Shown: positions 13,886-23,231, counted from the stretch's first letter. The stretch: DNA of 32,000 bases from Micrococcus luteus NCTC 2665 (GCF_000023205.1 NC_012803.1:240001-272000), one strand, 5' to 3'. Numbers and translations are program-made. Notes: generated from the letters alone by a model not told the origin.

Positions 13886-13950
13886 ACGACGCGGGTTGAG
13901 TTATCACGGGTGCAAGCCGCCTGGACCCGCGATAACTCAACCAGCGTTGC
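13886..13950. repeat. Palindromic element, copy B. Same orientation and architecture as copy A.
   Basis: ACGCGGGTTGAGTTATCAC (13889-13907) is identical to 12725-12743. The 21-nt loop ends in the same GCCTGGACCC. The right arm GCGATAACTCAACCAGCGTTGC matches copy A at 18/22. Confidence 0.85.
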
Positions 13951-13974
13951 AGGGGGGAGCGGCCGGCCCGTCGG

Positions 13975-14511
13975 TCACGGCGTGCGGTCCACGGACACCA
14001 GCTCCACGTCCTCGAGCCGCCCGCCCCGCACCACCGCGCGCATCAGGGTGCACACCGGCTGCCGCCTCCGGTCCGTGCAGGAGCCGGGGTTGAGCAGCCG
14101 CAGCCCCGGGTTCGCGGTGTCCGGACCGGCCACGGTGTCCCACGGGATGTGGCTGTGCCCGAAGACCAGCACGTCCGCGTCCGGGAACGCCGTGGCCATG
14201 CGGCGCTCGCGGCCGGCCGCCGGGCCCGTCTCGTGGACCATCGCGATCCGCACCCCGCCGAGCTCCACGCGCGCCACCTCGGGCAGCCGCGCCCGCAGCC
14301 CAGGCCCGTCGTTGTTGCCCCACACGCCCACCAGCCGGGCGGCCCGCGCGTCGAGGTCGTCGAGCACGTCCTCGGCCACCCAGTCACCGGCGTGGAGCAC
14401 GACGTCGGCCCGCGCCACCTCGGCCCGCACCTGCGCGGGCAGGGCGCGGGCACGCCGCGGGATGTGGGTGTCGGCGATCAGGAGCAGGCGGACGGCGACG
14501 TCGTCGGGCAC
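13975..14511 (-). CDS. Metallophosphoesterase (YfcE/MJ0936-like)
   Basis: GTG at 14511, 8 nt after the upstream stop. Motifs: IADTHIP, HAGDW, WGNNDG, MVHETG, FGHSHIP. Confidence 0.85.
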   Translation of the reverse strand: MPDDVAVRLLLIADTHIPRRARALPAQVRAEVARADVVLHAGDWVAEDVLDDLDARAARLVGVWGNNDGPGLRARLPEVARVELGGVRIAMVHETGPAAGRERRMATAFPDADVLVFGHSHIPWDTVAGPDTANPGLRLLNPGSCTDRRRQPVCTLMRAVVRGGRLEDVELVSVDRTP

Positions 14512-14519
14512 GGTCCGCC

Positions 14520-15326
14520 TCACCGCGCCGCGTACGCGCCGAGCCAGATCGCCAGCGGCAGGCCGACGATGAACACGGCCACGAATCCGCGCACCAGCCA
14601 CCGGCCCACTGGGGTGGCGAGGTTGACCGTCGCGCCCACCCCGTAGCCGGGACGCTTGGCGGGGAAGACAGCCGGGTCCTCGGGGTCGCGCTTGAGCCCC
14701 AGGGGCGTCCACACCTCGTCCTCGGCGAGCTCCGCGGCCGTGGGCCGGTACCCGAGCTCCGCCGCGACGCGGTCCGACCAGCGCGTCCACCGCTGCGTTC
14801 CGGCCCGCAGTTCCGGGAAGATGCCCACCATGAGCACGGTCAGTGTGAGGGGCAGGAGCCACCACGGCATCGTCCAGGTGCCGGCGGCGAGCACCTCGGC
14901 CGTCGTCGGGGCCAGCACCAGCACGATGAGCACGCACGACCACCCGAGGCTTTCCTGGACCCCGCGGTGCACCCCCGTCTGGCGCACGCGCCGCCACGGG
15001 GACAGTCCCGGATCCGTGGGGGTGAGGGCGGTGACCATAGCGGAGACCAGCGCCAGGAAACCCGTCATGCCGAGGCCGATCAGCGGCCCCGCCGCCACCG
15101 TGCCGAACGAGGTGTCCTCCCACGCATCCGGCCGCCCGTCGACGCCCCAGTGCGTGGGCACGCGCTCCGGCAGGCCCGGCAGGGCGACGAGGGCCCACCC
15201 CAGCAGCGCCAGGCACAGCACGGCCGCGAGCAGGAACGGCAGCCACGGACGCAGCCGGCCACGGCGCAGGGCGGCGCGCTCGGCGGCGGGGACGTCGTCG
15301 GGGGTGGGACGGGACGGGTGGGGCAT
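14520..15326 (-). CDS. Membrane protein with a DUF1648 (SdpI-like) N-terminal part and a DUF5808-like C-terminal part
   Basis: VPTHWGVDGRPDAW signature after the first TM helix. Several TM helices. C-terminal RPGYGVGATVNL. Family assignment is from memory of the family signatures. Confidence 0.7.
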   Translation of the reverse strand: MPHPSRPTPDDVPAAERAALRRGRLRPWLPFLLAAVLCLALLGWALVALPGLPERVPTHWGVDGRPDAWEDTSFGTVAAGPLIGLGMTGFLALVSAMVTALTPTDPGLSPWRRVRQTGVHRGVQESLGWSCVLIVLVLAPTTAEVLAAGTWTMPWWLLPLTLTVLMVGIFPELRAGTQRWTRWSDRVAAELGYRPTAAELAEDEVWTPLGLKRDPEDPAVFPAKRPGYGVGATVNLATPVGRWLVRGFVAVFIVGLPLAIWLGAYAAR

Positions 15327-15335
15327 CCACCCAGG

Positions 15336-16220
15336 CTAGCCACGGCCCCCGCCCGCCACACCCGGTGACCGGCTCGTCCAGACGGCGGCCGCGCACGCCG
15401 CGATCACCAGCAGCATCCCCGCCAGGTCCAGCGGGGTGAGCTCCTGCCCGCGCACGGCCCACGCGGTCAGCGCCGCCGCGATCGGCGACAGGCACGTCAG
15501 CAGGGAGAACAGCGCGGTCGGCATGCGGCGCAGCACCTGCAGGTCGATCCCGTACGGCACCGCCGTGGACAGCAGCGCCACGGCCAGCCCCACGCCCAGC
15601 ACCACGGGAGAGAGCAGGGCCGCCCCCGCCGTCGCGACGCCGACCGGCAGCGCCACGAGGGACCCGGCGGCCGTCGCCAGGGCCAGCCCCTGCACCCCCG
15701 GCAGATGGGTCCCCGCGCGCCGCGAGAGCAGGATGTACGCCGCCCAGCACGCCGCCGCGGCCAGCGCGAGCGCCACCCCCACCGGGTCCAGTCCCGCCCC
15801 GCCGATCCCGCCGCCCGCGCTGAACCCCTCCCGGCCGAGCACCCCGATCCCGGCGAGAGCGAGGGCCGCCCACGCCGCCGACCGCCACGACGGCCGCGCC
15901 GCCACGGACAGCGCCAGCGGCCCGAGCACCTCGAACGTCACGGCCACGCCCTGCGGGATCCGCGCGAACGCCTCGTAGATGGCCAGGTTCATGCCGGTCA
16001 TGGCCGCGCCCAGCCCGACGACGGCGGCCCACCCCCGGGTGCCCAGTCCGGCGAGGGCGGCGCGGCTCGGCCGGGTGACGAGCAGCAGCACGGCCGCGGA
16101 GAACACCACGCGCAGGGCGACCATGGCGGACGCGCCGACGTCGTCGAACAGCAGGCCCGCCACGGACGCGCCGAGCTGCTGGCTCAGCAGCGAGAGCAGG
16201 ACGAGCAGGACGAGACGCAC
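15336..16220 (-). CDS. EamA/DMT-family transporter (RhtA-like exporter)
   Basis: GTG start at 16220. About ten hydrophobic helices in a duplicated EamA pattern (LSQQLGASVAGLLF..., ALRVVFSAAVLLL..., YEAFARIPQGVAVT...). Confidence 0.82.
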   Translation of the reverse strand: MRLVLLVLLSLLSQQLGASVAGLLFDDVGASAMVALRVVFSAAVLLLVTRPSRAALAGLGTRGWAAVVGLGAAMTGMNLAIYEAFARIPQGVAVTFEVLGPLALSVAARPSWRSAAWAALALAGIGVLGREGFSAGGGIGGAGLDPVGVALALAAAACWAAYILLSRRAGTHLPGVQGLALATAAGSLVALPVGVATAGAALLSPVVLGVGLAVALLSTAVPYGIDLQVLRRMPTALFSLLTCLSPIAAALTAWAVRGQELTPLDLAGMLLVIAACAAAVWTSRSPGVAGGGRG

Positions 16221-16423
16221 GGGCTCAGCCTAGGGCCGCGCCGCGTCACCCCGGCCCCGGCCGGCGCGGGACCGCTGCTGCCCGAGGACCACCGCGGGGC
16301 CCGGTTCCGCTGACCCCGACGCCGCGGGAAAACATCACGCTGACGTGCGCTAATCCGCCTCGTCGTGGGAGAGTGGGGGACGCGCGCCCGCGCAGAACCC
16401 GCCCCCGACCCCAGGAGGCCCGC

Positions 16424-17302
16424 ATGGCCCGGCCCCAGACCGTCCTCACCGTGCTGGCCGCCCGCCGGCTCACCCCGCACCTCGTGCGCCTGACCCTCGG
16501 CGGTGAGCAGTTCGACGGCGTCCACGCCCGCTGGGCGGAGAAGGGCGCCACGGACCAGTACGTGAAGCTGCTCTTCGCCGACCCCGCGCTCGGCCTCGAA
16601 CCCCCGTACGACCTGGACGCCCTCCGCGAGCGTCTCGCCCCGGAGCAGCTGCCGGTCCGCCGCACCTACACGGTGCGCCGCATGGACGCGGCCGCCCGCA
16701 CCATGGACGTCGACTTCGTGGTCCACGGCGCGTCCGACGACGGCGCCGCCCCCGGGCACGACGGCGGCCTGGCCGGGGCGTGGGCGGCCTCCGAGCCGGT
16801 GGGGCAGCAGGTCGCGTTCCTGGGCCCCGGCGGCGCCTACCGGCCCGACCCCACCGCGGACTGGCACCTGCTCGCCGGCGACGAGGCCGCGCTGCCGGCG
16901 ATCGCCGCCGCCCTCGAGGACCTGGCCGCCACGGACGCCGCGGCGGCCGGTGTCGCGCTGATCGAGGTGACCGACGCAAGCGACGAGGTGCCCCTGACCG
17001 CGCCGGCCGGCGTCGAGGTGCGCTGGCTGCACCGCGGCGGCCCCTTCACCCCGGAGACGACGCGGTTCGCCGCCGCCGTCGAGGACGCGGGGTGGCGGGA
17101 CGGCCGGGTGCACGCGTTCGTGCACGGCGAGCGGGAGCAGGTCAAGCGCGTCCGGGCGTACCTCACGGACGTGCGCGGCGTGGACCGGCGGCAGCTGTCG
17201 GTGAGCGCGTACTGGGCCTACGGCCGCACCGAGGACGTGTTCCAGGCGGAGAAGCAGACCCCGGTGGGGCAGATCTTCGAGGACGGCGCCACCGGCGGCT
17301 GA
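16424..17302 (+). CDS. Siderophore-interacting protein / ferric-siderophore reductase (FAD-binding_9 plus SIP domain)
   Basis: ATG at 16424 after AGGAGG (16413-16418). Motifs: RRTYTVR, VDFVVHG, HLLAGDEAALPAIAAALEDL, YWAYGR. Confidence 0.85.
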   Translation: MARPQTVLTVLAARRLTPHLVRLTLGGEQFDGVHARWAEKGATDQYVKLLFADPALGLEPPYDLDALRERLAPEQLPVRRTYTVRRMDAAARTMDVDFVVHGASDDGAAPGHDGGLAGAWAASEPVGQQVAFLGPGGAYRPDPTADWHLLAGDEAALPAIAAALEDLAATDAAAAGVALIEVTDASDEVPLTAPAGVEVRWLHRGGPFTPETTRFAAAVEDAGWRDGRVHAFVHGEREQVKRVRAYLTDVRGVDRRQLSVSAYWAYGRTEDVFQAEKQTPVGQIFEDGATGG

Positions 17303-17441
17303 CCCGCACAGGCTCGGAACAGCCGCAGTTCCGCCGTCCCTCATGACGTGACGGGCCAGGGGTGACGTGAGACGGTCGAGGGGTCATCATCCGGCGGTCC
17401 CCGGCCGCCGTCACGTCCGCACCTCTGTGAAGGAGTCCCCC

Positions 17442-18239
17442 ATGAAGACGCCCGCACGCCTCGCCGTCGGCATGCTCGCCGCCTCCGGTCTGCTGCTCAC
17501 CGGCTGCGCCGCCGACCCGACGCTGGACGAGAGCTGGCCCGAGATCCGCCAGAAGGTCGTGGATGCCGAGAGCCTGCGCCTGAGGATGGAAGGCACCGCC
17601 GCCGACAAGGAGGAGGACAAGGACGACGCGTCGGCCTCGGCGTCGCCCTCCGCCTCCCTGGGCGCGGACGCCATCCAGTCCGCGAACGTGGACCTCGCCG
17701 GCGCCACCGACGACTCCCACCTCAAGGGCACCATGAACGTGGACATGGGGGCGGCCACCCTGGACATCGAGGTCCTGCGCCGGGACGCCGACGTGTTCTT
17801 CAAGCTCAAGGCCGACGGTGACGACCTGCCCCGGGAGATGGGCATGTTCTCCACCCTCGTGGGCGACCGCTGGATCAAGACGAACGCCGAGCAGGCCGCG
17901 CAGATGGACATCTCACTCGAGGAGATCATGTCCGACCTCGAGGAGGACATGCCCGCCGCGGACGCCTTCGACGGCAAGGACCTGAAGGCCGAGGAGGTGG
18001 AGCTCGAGGGCAGGAAGTACCTCAAGTACGCGCTGCCCGAGGAGCACCACGCGTTCGGCCGGACGATGCTGGTCGACCCGGAGAGCACGACCCTCTACCG
18101 TCTCGAGGACGTGAACTCGGAGGACGAGGACGTGGACGCGAACGCCACCTTCACCGAGTGGAACGCGGTCGAGGCGCCCGAGGCCCCCGCCTCGGAGGAC
18201 GTCTTCGACCTGGCCGAGCTGCAGGAGCTGGCCGGCTGA
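17442..18239 (+). CDS. Secreted lipoprotein. Acidic. Paralogue of the 25969 and 26676 genes.
   Basis: ATG at 17442 after GAAGGAG. Signal peptide with lipobox LLLTGC. Shares the layout W..(I/A)R..(L/V).(D/E)A.S(L/V)R... with the other two lipoproteins. Confidence 0.8.
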   Translation: MKTPARLAVGMLAASGLLLTGCAADPTLDESWPEIRQKVVDAESLRLRMEGTAADKEEDKDDASASASPSASLGADAIQSANVDLAGATDDSHLKGTMNVDMGAATLDIEVLRRDADVFFKLKADGDDLPREMGMFSTLVGDRWIKTNAEQAAQMDISLEEIMSDLEEDMPAADAFDGKDLKAEEVELEGRKYLKYALPEEHHAFGRTMLVDPESTTLYRLEDVNSEDEDVDANATFTEWNAVEAPEAPASEDVFDLAELQELAG

Positions 18240-18290
18240 CCCGCTGCGCGATCCGGGTGGGCCGGCGGGGCGCCACGGCATGATGTCCTG

Positions 18291-19580
18291 ATGGACCGCA
18301 CCGCCCCCACCCCGCCCGCGAACGCCCTCGCCCCGGGCCTGCCGGAGGACATCGCCCGGGAGGCGATCGCCTTCCGCCGCCTCCTCCACGGACATCCGGA
18401 GCTGGACCTGCACCTGCCCCGCACCCAGGCCGCCGTCCTCGAGCGGCTCGAGGCCCTGCGCGCCGAGGCGGGGGAGGATGCCGCCACCGGCCGCCCCGCG
18501 CTGGAGACGAGCGTGGGCCGGGCGCTGAGCTCCGTCGTCGTGGTGCTGCGCGGCGGGGCCCCGCTGCCGGAGGGGGTCCGGCGGCCGGTCGTGCTGCTGC
18601 GGGGGGACATGGACGCCCTGCCCGTCACGGAGGAGACCGGGCTGGAGTACGCCCCCTCCGTGCCGGGCACCATGCACGGCTGCGGCCATGACCTGCACAC
18701 CGCCGGCCTCTACGGCGCGCTGGCGTGGCTGGTGCGCCGTCGCGGGGAGCTCACCGCCGACGTGGTGGCCATGTTCCAGCCCGGGGAGGAGACCGGCGGC
18801 GGCGCCCTGCACATGATCCAGGAGGGGCTGCTGGAGGCGGCCGGGCGACCGGTGGACGCCGCCTACGCGATCCATGTCTCCTCGGGCACGTACCCGCGCG
18901 GCGTCCTGCTCAGCCGCCCGGGGGCGATCCAGGCCGGCTGCGACGACCTGGTGGTGACGGTGCACGGTCGAGGCGGGCACGGCTCGGTGCCGCACCTGGC
19001 CCAGGATCCGGTGCCCGTGGCCGCCGAGATGGTGCTGGCGCTGCAGTCCGTGGTCACCCGGCAGTTCGACGCCTTCGACCCGGTGGTCGCGACCGTCGGG
19101 CACCTGAGCGCGGGCACGGCGGCCAACATCATCCCGGACAGCGCCACCCTCGCCCTCACCCTGCGGACCTTCTCCGCGGACGCCCGCGCCCGGCTGCTCT
19201 CGGCCGTGGAGCGCCTGGTGCACGGGATCGCCGCGGCGCACGGCATGAGCGCACAGGTCCGGACGGACTGCGCGTTCCCGGTGACGGCCAACGACCCGGA
19301 CGCGGTGGCCTTCGCCCGCGGGGTCGTGGAGGACCTCTACGGGGCCGACGCCTACCGGGAGCTGCCCGAGCCCGAGCCCGGCAGCGAGGACTTCTCCGAG
19401 GTCCTCCAGCGGGTGCCCGGCGCCTACGTCCTGCTCGGGGCGGCCCCGGAGGGCGTGGACCCGGACGAGGCCCCGGTCAACCACTCCCCGCAGGCCGTGT
19501 TCGACGACGCCGTGGTGCCGCGGGCCGCTCAGGTGCTGGCCGAGCTGGCGCTGCGGACGGCGCCGGTGCCGGCGTCCTGA
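18291..19580 (+). CDS. M20-family amidohydrolase (M20D, N-acyl-amino-acid / hippurate hydrolase-like)
   Basis: FRRLLHGHPEL, LRGDMDALPV, MHGCGHDLH, QPGEETGGGA. Confidence 0.85.
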   Translation: MDRTAPTPPANALAPGLPEDIAREAIAFRRLLHGHPELDLHLPRTQAAVLERLEALRAEAGEDAATGRPALETSVGRALSSVVVVLRGGAPLPEGVRRPVVLLRGDMDALPVTEETGLEYAPSVPGTMHGCGHDLHTAGLYGALAWLVRRRGELTADVVAMFQPGEETGGGALHMIQEGLLEAAGRPVDAAYAIHVSSGTYPRGVLLSRPGAIQAGCDDLVVTVHGRGGHGSVPHLAQDPVPVAAEMVLALQSVVTRQFDAFDPVVATVGHLSAGTAANIIPDSATLALTLRTFSADARARLLSAVERLVHGIAAAHGMSAQVRTDCAFPVTANDPDAVAFARGVVEDLYGADAYRELPEPEPGSEDFSEVLQRVPGAYVLLGAAPEGVDPDEAPVNHSPQAVFDDAVVPRAAQVLAELALRTAPVPAS

Positions 19581-21733
19581 GCGCGGCGGCCGGCCCGGAG
19601 CACCTCGGCGATCTGCCCGACGCACGGCTCGTTCTGCAGGCTCGTGGTGTCCCCGAGCGCGGTGCCCTGGTGCAGCTGCGTCAGCAGCCGCCGCATGATC
19701 TTGCCCGAGCGGGTCTTGGGCACGTCGGGGACGAAGACCACCTCGGCGGGCTTGGCCACCGGCCCGATCACCCGCCCCACGTGCCGCCGCAGCTCCTCGG
19801 CGCGGTCGGCGGCGGAGGCGCCGGGGCCGTCGTCGCCGGCCAGCCAGCTCTCGTGCGCCACCACGAAGGCGACGGCCGCGTGCCCGGTGGTCTCGTGCGG
19901 CACGGGGCACACCCCCGCCTCGATCACCTCCGGGTGCGCCACGAGGGCGGACTCGATCTCGATGGTGCTCAGCCGGTGCCCGGAGATGTTGATGACGTCG
20001 TCCACGCGCCCGAGGATCCAGACGTCGCCGTCCTCGTCCCGCTTGGCGCCGTCGCCGGCGAGGAACCAGCCCGCCTCGCCCTGGTCCGCGTAGTCCTCCC
20101 AGTACGAGTGGAAGTAGCGGGCCGGGTTCCGCCACACGGTCCGGGCCATCGACGGCGAGGTGCGGGTGACCACGATCCGGCCCTGCAGGCCCTCGGGCGT
20201 GGGGGCGCCGTCGTCGTCGACCACGGCCACGTCCACCCCCGGCAGGGGCCGGGAGCCGCAGCCCGGCTTGAAGGCCGTGTCCGTGGGGCGGGGGGAGAGC
20301 ACGGTGGCGCCCGTCTCGGACTGCCACCACGTGTCCACCATCGGCAGGTCCGGGGTGTCCCGGCCGATCTGGGTCCGCGCCCACGTCCAGGCCTCCGGGT
20401 TCACGGACTCGCCCACGGTGCCGATCAGGCGGATCGAGGACAGGTCCGGGCCGCCGTCCGCGTGCGCCGGGATCCCCTCCGGATGCCAGCCCTTGAGCGA
20501 GCGGATCAGGGTGGGGGCCGTGTAGTAGCTCGTCACCCGGTAGCGCTCGATCACCTCGAAGTGCCGGCCCGGGTGCGGGGCGTTCGGCACGCCCTCGTAG
20601 ATCACCTGCGTGACCCCGTTCGAGAGCGGACCGTAGATCTCGTAGGTGTGCGCGGTGACCCAGGCCAGGTCCGCGGTGCACCAGTGGACGTCGTCGTCGC
20701 GCCGTGCCGGGTCCGGGTGGGAGAACAGGAAGTCGTGCGTCCACGAGGCCGCGGCGAGGTACCCGCCGGAGGTGTGCACGAGCCCCTTGGGCTGTCCCGT
20801 GGTGCCGGAGGTGTACATGATGAACAGCGGGTGCTCCGCGTCGAAGGCGCGCGGGGTGTGGGTGTCCGGCTGGCGGTCCACGACGTCGTGCCACCACAGG
20901 TCCCGGCCCTCGGTCCACGGGATGTCCCGGTGGCCCGTGCGGTCCAGGACGAGGACGTGCTCGATCGCGTTGTCCCCGGACACGGCCTCGTCCGCGTTGG
21001 CCTTCACGGGGACGGCGGCGCCGCGGCGGAACTGGCCGTCGGTGGTGACGAGCAGCTTCGCGCCCGTGTCCTCGACGCGGAACCGCAGCGCCTCCGCCGA
21101 GAACCCGCCGAACACGAGCGAGTGCACGGCCCCGATCCGCGCGCACGCCAGCGTGATGACGATCGTCTCCACGAGCACGGGCAGGTACACGACGACGCGG
21201 TCGCCCGCCTCGATGCCCAGCTCCTCGAGGGCGTTCGCGGCCTGGGCGACCTCGCGCTGCAGCTGCGCGTAGGTGACGGCGCGGCGGTCGCCGGGCTCGC
21301 CCTCGAAGTACAGGGCGACCTTCTCCCCGCGCCCCGCCGCCACGTGGCGGTCCACGCAGTTCACGGCCACGTTCAGGGTGCCGTCCTCATACCAGCGGAT
21401 CTCCGGGCCGCGCTCGGCGGCCGGGTCCGGGGCGGTGAGGGAGCGCGTCCGGGTGAAGGGACGCTCCCAGCTCAGACGTCGGCCGGCCGCCTCCCAGAAC
21501 GCGAGCCGGTCCGCCTCGGCCACCGGGCGGCCGTCACCGCGCCCGCCGTGCAGCCGGTCCGCCGGGCGGCCGGGGTGGACGTCCGGGTCTGCGGCGTCGA
21601 CGAGCGCCTGCGGGAGGGGGCCGGGCAGCGTGGCGAGGGCCGCGGCGGGCACGCCGTCGTTCGGTCCGCGGACGGCCCCGGAGGCGCCCTCCTCGGCCGG
21701 GTCGGGGCGGGCGGGGTCCTCGGTGGGCGTCAT
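19529..21733 (-). CDS. acs: Acetyl-CoA synthetase (AMP-forming)
   Basis: WYEDGTLNVAVNCVDRH, YTSGTTGQPKG, WWQSETG, PKTRSGKIMRR (conserved acetylatable Lys). Compared with typical Acs there is an N-terminal extension of about 60-70 aa, so the true start may lie downstream of 21733. Confidence 0.9.
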   Translation of the reverse strand: MTPTEDPARPDPAEEGASGAVRGPNDGVPAAALATLPGPLPQALVDAADPDVHPGRPADRLHGGRGDGRPVAEADRLAFWEAAGRRLSWERPFTRTRSLTAPDPAAERGPEIRWYEDGTLNVAVNCVDRHVAAGRGEKVALYFEGEPGDRRAVTYAQLQREVAQAANALEELGIEAGDRVVVYLPVLVETIVITLACARIGAVHSLVFGGFSAEALRFRVEDTGAKLLVTTDGQFRRGAAVPVKANADEAVSGDNAIEHVLVLDRTGHRDIPWTEGRDLWWHDVVDRQPDTHTPRAFDAEHPLFIMYTSGTTGQPKGLVHTSGGYLAAASWTHDFLFSHPDPARRDDDVHWCTADLAWVTAHTYEIYGPLSNGVTQVIYEGVPNAPHPGRHFEVIERYRVTSYYTAPTLIRSLKGWHPEGIPAHADGGPDLSSIRLIGTVGESVNPEAWTWARTQIGRDTPDLPMVDTWWQSETGATVLSPRPTDTAFKPGCGSRPLPGVDVAVVDDDGAPTPEGLQGRIVVTRTSPSMARTVWRNPARYFHSYWEDYADQGEAGWFLAGDGAKRDEDGDVWILGRVDDVINISGHRLSTIEIESALVAHPEVIEAGVCPVPHETTGHAAVAFVVAHESWLAGDDGPGASAADRAEELRRHVGRVIGPVAKPAEVVFVPDVPKTRSGKIMRRLLTQLHQGTALGDTTSLQNEPCVGQIAEVLRAGRRAQDAGTGAVRSASSAST

Positions 21734-21943
21734 GGGCGGCGGTCCTCCTGGTCGGCGGGTCCGACCAGGCTAGGGACGACGACGACGGCGCCCCGCCCGC
21801 CGTCGTCACCGGCGGTCATGCTCGGCCCGCCGGACCCCCGCGGGCGCCCGGCGCGGGCCAGGGCGACGGCGGCCGGTGTGGACCCCGTCCCACGGCCGGG
21901 TCGCCCCGGCCGCCGGCCCGCCCGCGCGTGCCAGAGTAGGGCC

Positions 21944-23200
21944 ATGACCACCTACGCCACCCTCGCCGCCCGGTACGCCGACGCCTTCGACTCCGTCGCC
22001 CACGGCGAGCGGGCCCGCGAGGCGGGCCGGCACCTGCCGTTCGCCGCCCTCGGGGAGCTGCAGGCCGCCGGGTTCGGCAAGGTCGGTGTCCCCGAGGACG
22101 CGGGCGGCGAGGGCGGCGGCAGCGAGACCGTGCTGCGCCTGCTCATGGACCTGGCCGCCCGGGACGTGAACACCGCGCACGTCTGGCGCTCCCACCTCGT
22201 GTTCATCGCCACGGCCATGGACCAGGCGCCCGCCCGCCGGGAGCGGTGGCTGCGGCACATCGTCGACGGGGACTGGGCCGGCTCCGCCCTGGCCGAACGC
22301 GCCGGCGGGGCCGCGCCGGGCCGTGCCGCCACCCTGGCCAGCCGGGACGAGGGCGGCACCTGGGTCGTGCGGGGGCAGAAGTACTACGCGACCGGCTCGG
22401 CCTTCGCCACGTGGACCGCCGCGACCGTGGGCATCGAGGGGGCGGACCTCGTCTCCCGCCGGAACTCCAAGCGGGCCGGGGGCGCGGTCCGCGAGCCGGA
22501 CCGGGCCGTCGCCGTCGTGCGCGTGCGTCAGCCGCGCGTGGGCATCAAGGACGACTGGGACGGCTTCGGCCAGCGCCTGACCGCCACCGGGTCCGTGGTG
22601 CTCGACGACGCCGCGGCCGAGGAGCTGCTCGAGGTGCCGCGGCAGGACGGGCCCGTGCCCGTGCTCATGGAGGCGACCCTGCTGGCGCTGCAGGCCGGGA
22701 TCGGCCGGGCGGCGCTCACGGAGGGCACGCAGCTGCTGCGGCAGCGGCGCCGCACCTTCAACACCGGCACGGCCGCGCTGCCCAAGGACGACCCCCAGCT
22801 CCTCGAGATCATGGGGCAGCTGGCCGGGCGGCAGGCCGCGGCCGAGCTGATGGTGCGCGAGATCGGGCGGCTGCTCGACGAGGGGCAGGACGGCGCCGAC
22901 GGGGCCGGCCCGGCGGAGGCCGACGTCGTGGCGGCGTCCGCCGAGGCGATGGCGGCCGCGTACCGGGCCCAGGCCGTGGTGCCGGAGGCCGTCCTCGAGG
23001 TGTGCACCCGCATCTTCGACACGCTCGGCGCGTCGGCGACGTCGGCCACGCTGCGGCTCGACCGGCACTGGCGCAACGCCCGCACCCTCGCCACCCACGA
23101 CCCGGCGGCGTTCAAGGTGCGCATGGCCGGCGACTGGCTCGTGAACGGCACCCCGCCGACCGCCTACACGTCGGCCGGCGAGGTCCCCGAGGGGGACTGA
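21944..23200 (+). CDS. Acyl-CoA dehydrogenase-fold flavoprotein, SfnB/DszC-type sulfur-acquisition oxidoreductase-like
   Basis: ATG at 21944 within track ORF 18725..23200. Motifs: GQKYYATGS, DWDGFGQRLTATG, LDRHWRNARTLATHDP (typical SfnB/DszC-type C-terminus). Confidence 0.78.
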   Translation: MTTYATLAARYADAFDSVAHGERAREAGRHLPFAALGELQAAGFGKVGVPEDAGGEGGGSETVLRLLMDLAARDVNTAHVWRSHLVFIATAMDQAPARRERWLRHIVDGDWAGSALAERAGGAAPGRAATLASRDEGGTWVVRGQKYYATGSAFATWTAATVGIEGADLVSRRNSKRAGGAVREPDRAVAVVRVRQPRVGIKDDWDGFGQRLTATGSVVLDDAAAEELLEVPRQDGPVPVLMEATLLALQAGIGRAALTEGTQLLRQRRRTFNTGTAALPKDDPQLLEIMGQLAGRQAAAELMVREIGRLLDEGQDGADGAGPAEADVVAASAEAMAAAYRAQAVVPEAVLEVCTRIFDTLGASATSATLRLDRHWRNARTLATHDPAAFKVRMAGDWLVNGTPPTAYTSAGEVPEGD

Positions 23201-23231
23201 CCCGACGACCGGGCGGCCGGACGTGCCGGGC

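Noticed and set aside
13975-16032. The 685-aa ORF read as one protein; likewise 12804..13940 -, 12986..14572 + and 12981..14093 +
   Set aside because: The same frame only makes sense for the last 178 codons (metallophosphoesterase motifs). Upstream it overlaps the DUF1648 and EamA genes, which have clean TM-helix translations in other frames.
16221-16423. IdeR/DtxR iron box (TTAGGTTAGGCTAACCTAA-like) upstream of the siderophore-interacting protein gene
   Set aside because: No reasonable match to the 19-bp palindromic consensus is seen in the divergent intergenic region.
17913-23200. The 1077-aa (-) and 1491-aa (+) ORFs spanning the lipoprotein / M20 / acs / sfnB region; also 21806..23098 -, 24321..25970 -, 27869..30619 +, 27879..29603 - and 30412..31596 +
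   Set aside because: These are GC-driven open frames with Arg/Gly/Asp/His-dominated sequences and no motifs. The opposite or alternate frames encode unmistakable Acs, M20, LLM, PurL and PurQ proteins. Only the last 418 codons of 18725..23200 (from ATG 21944) are a real gene.
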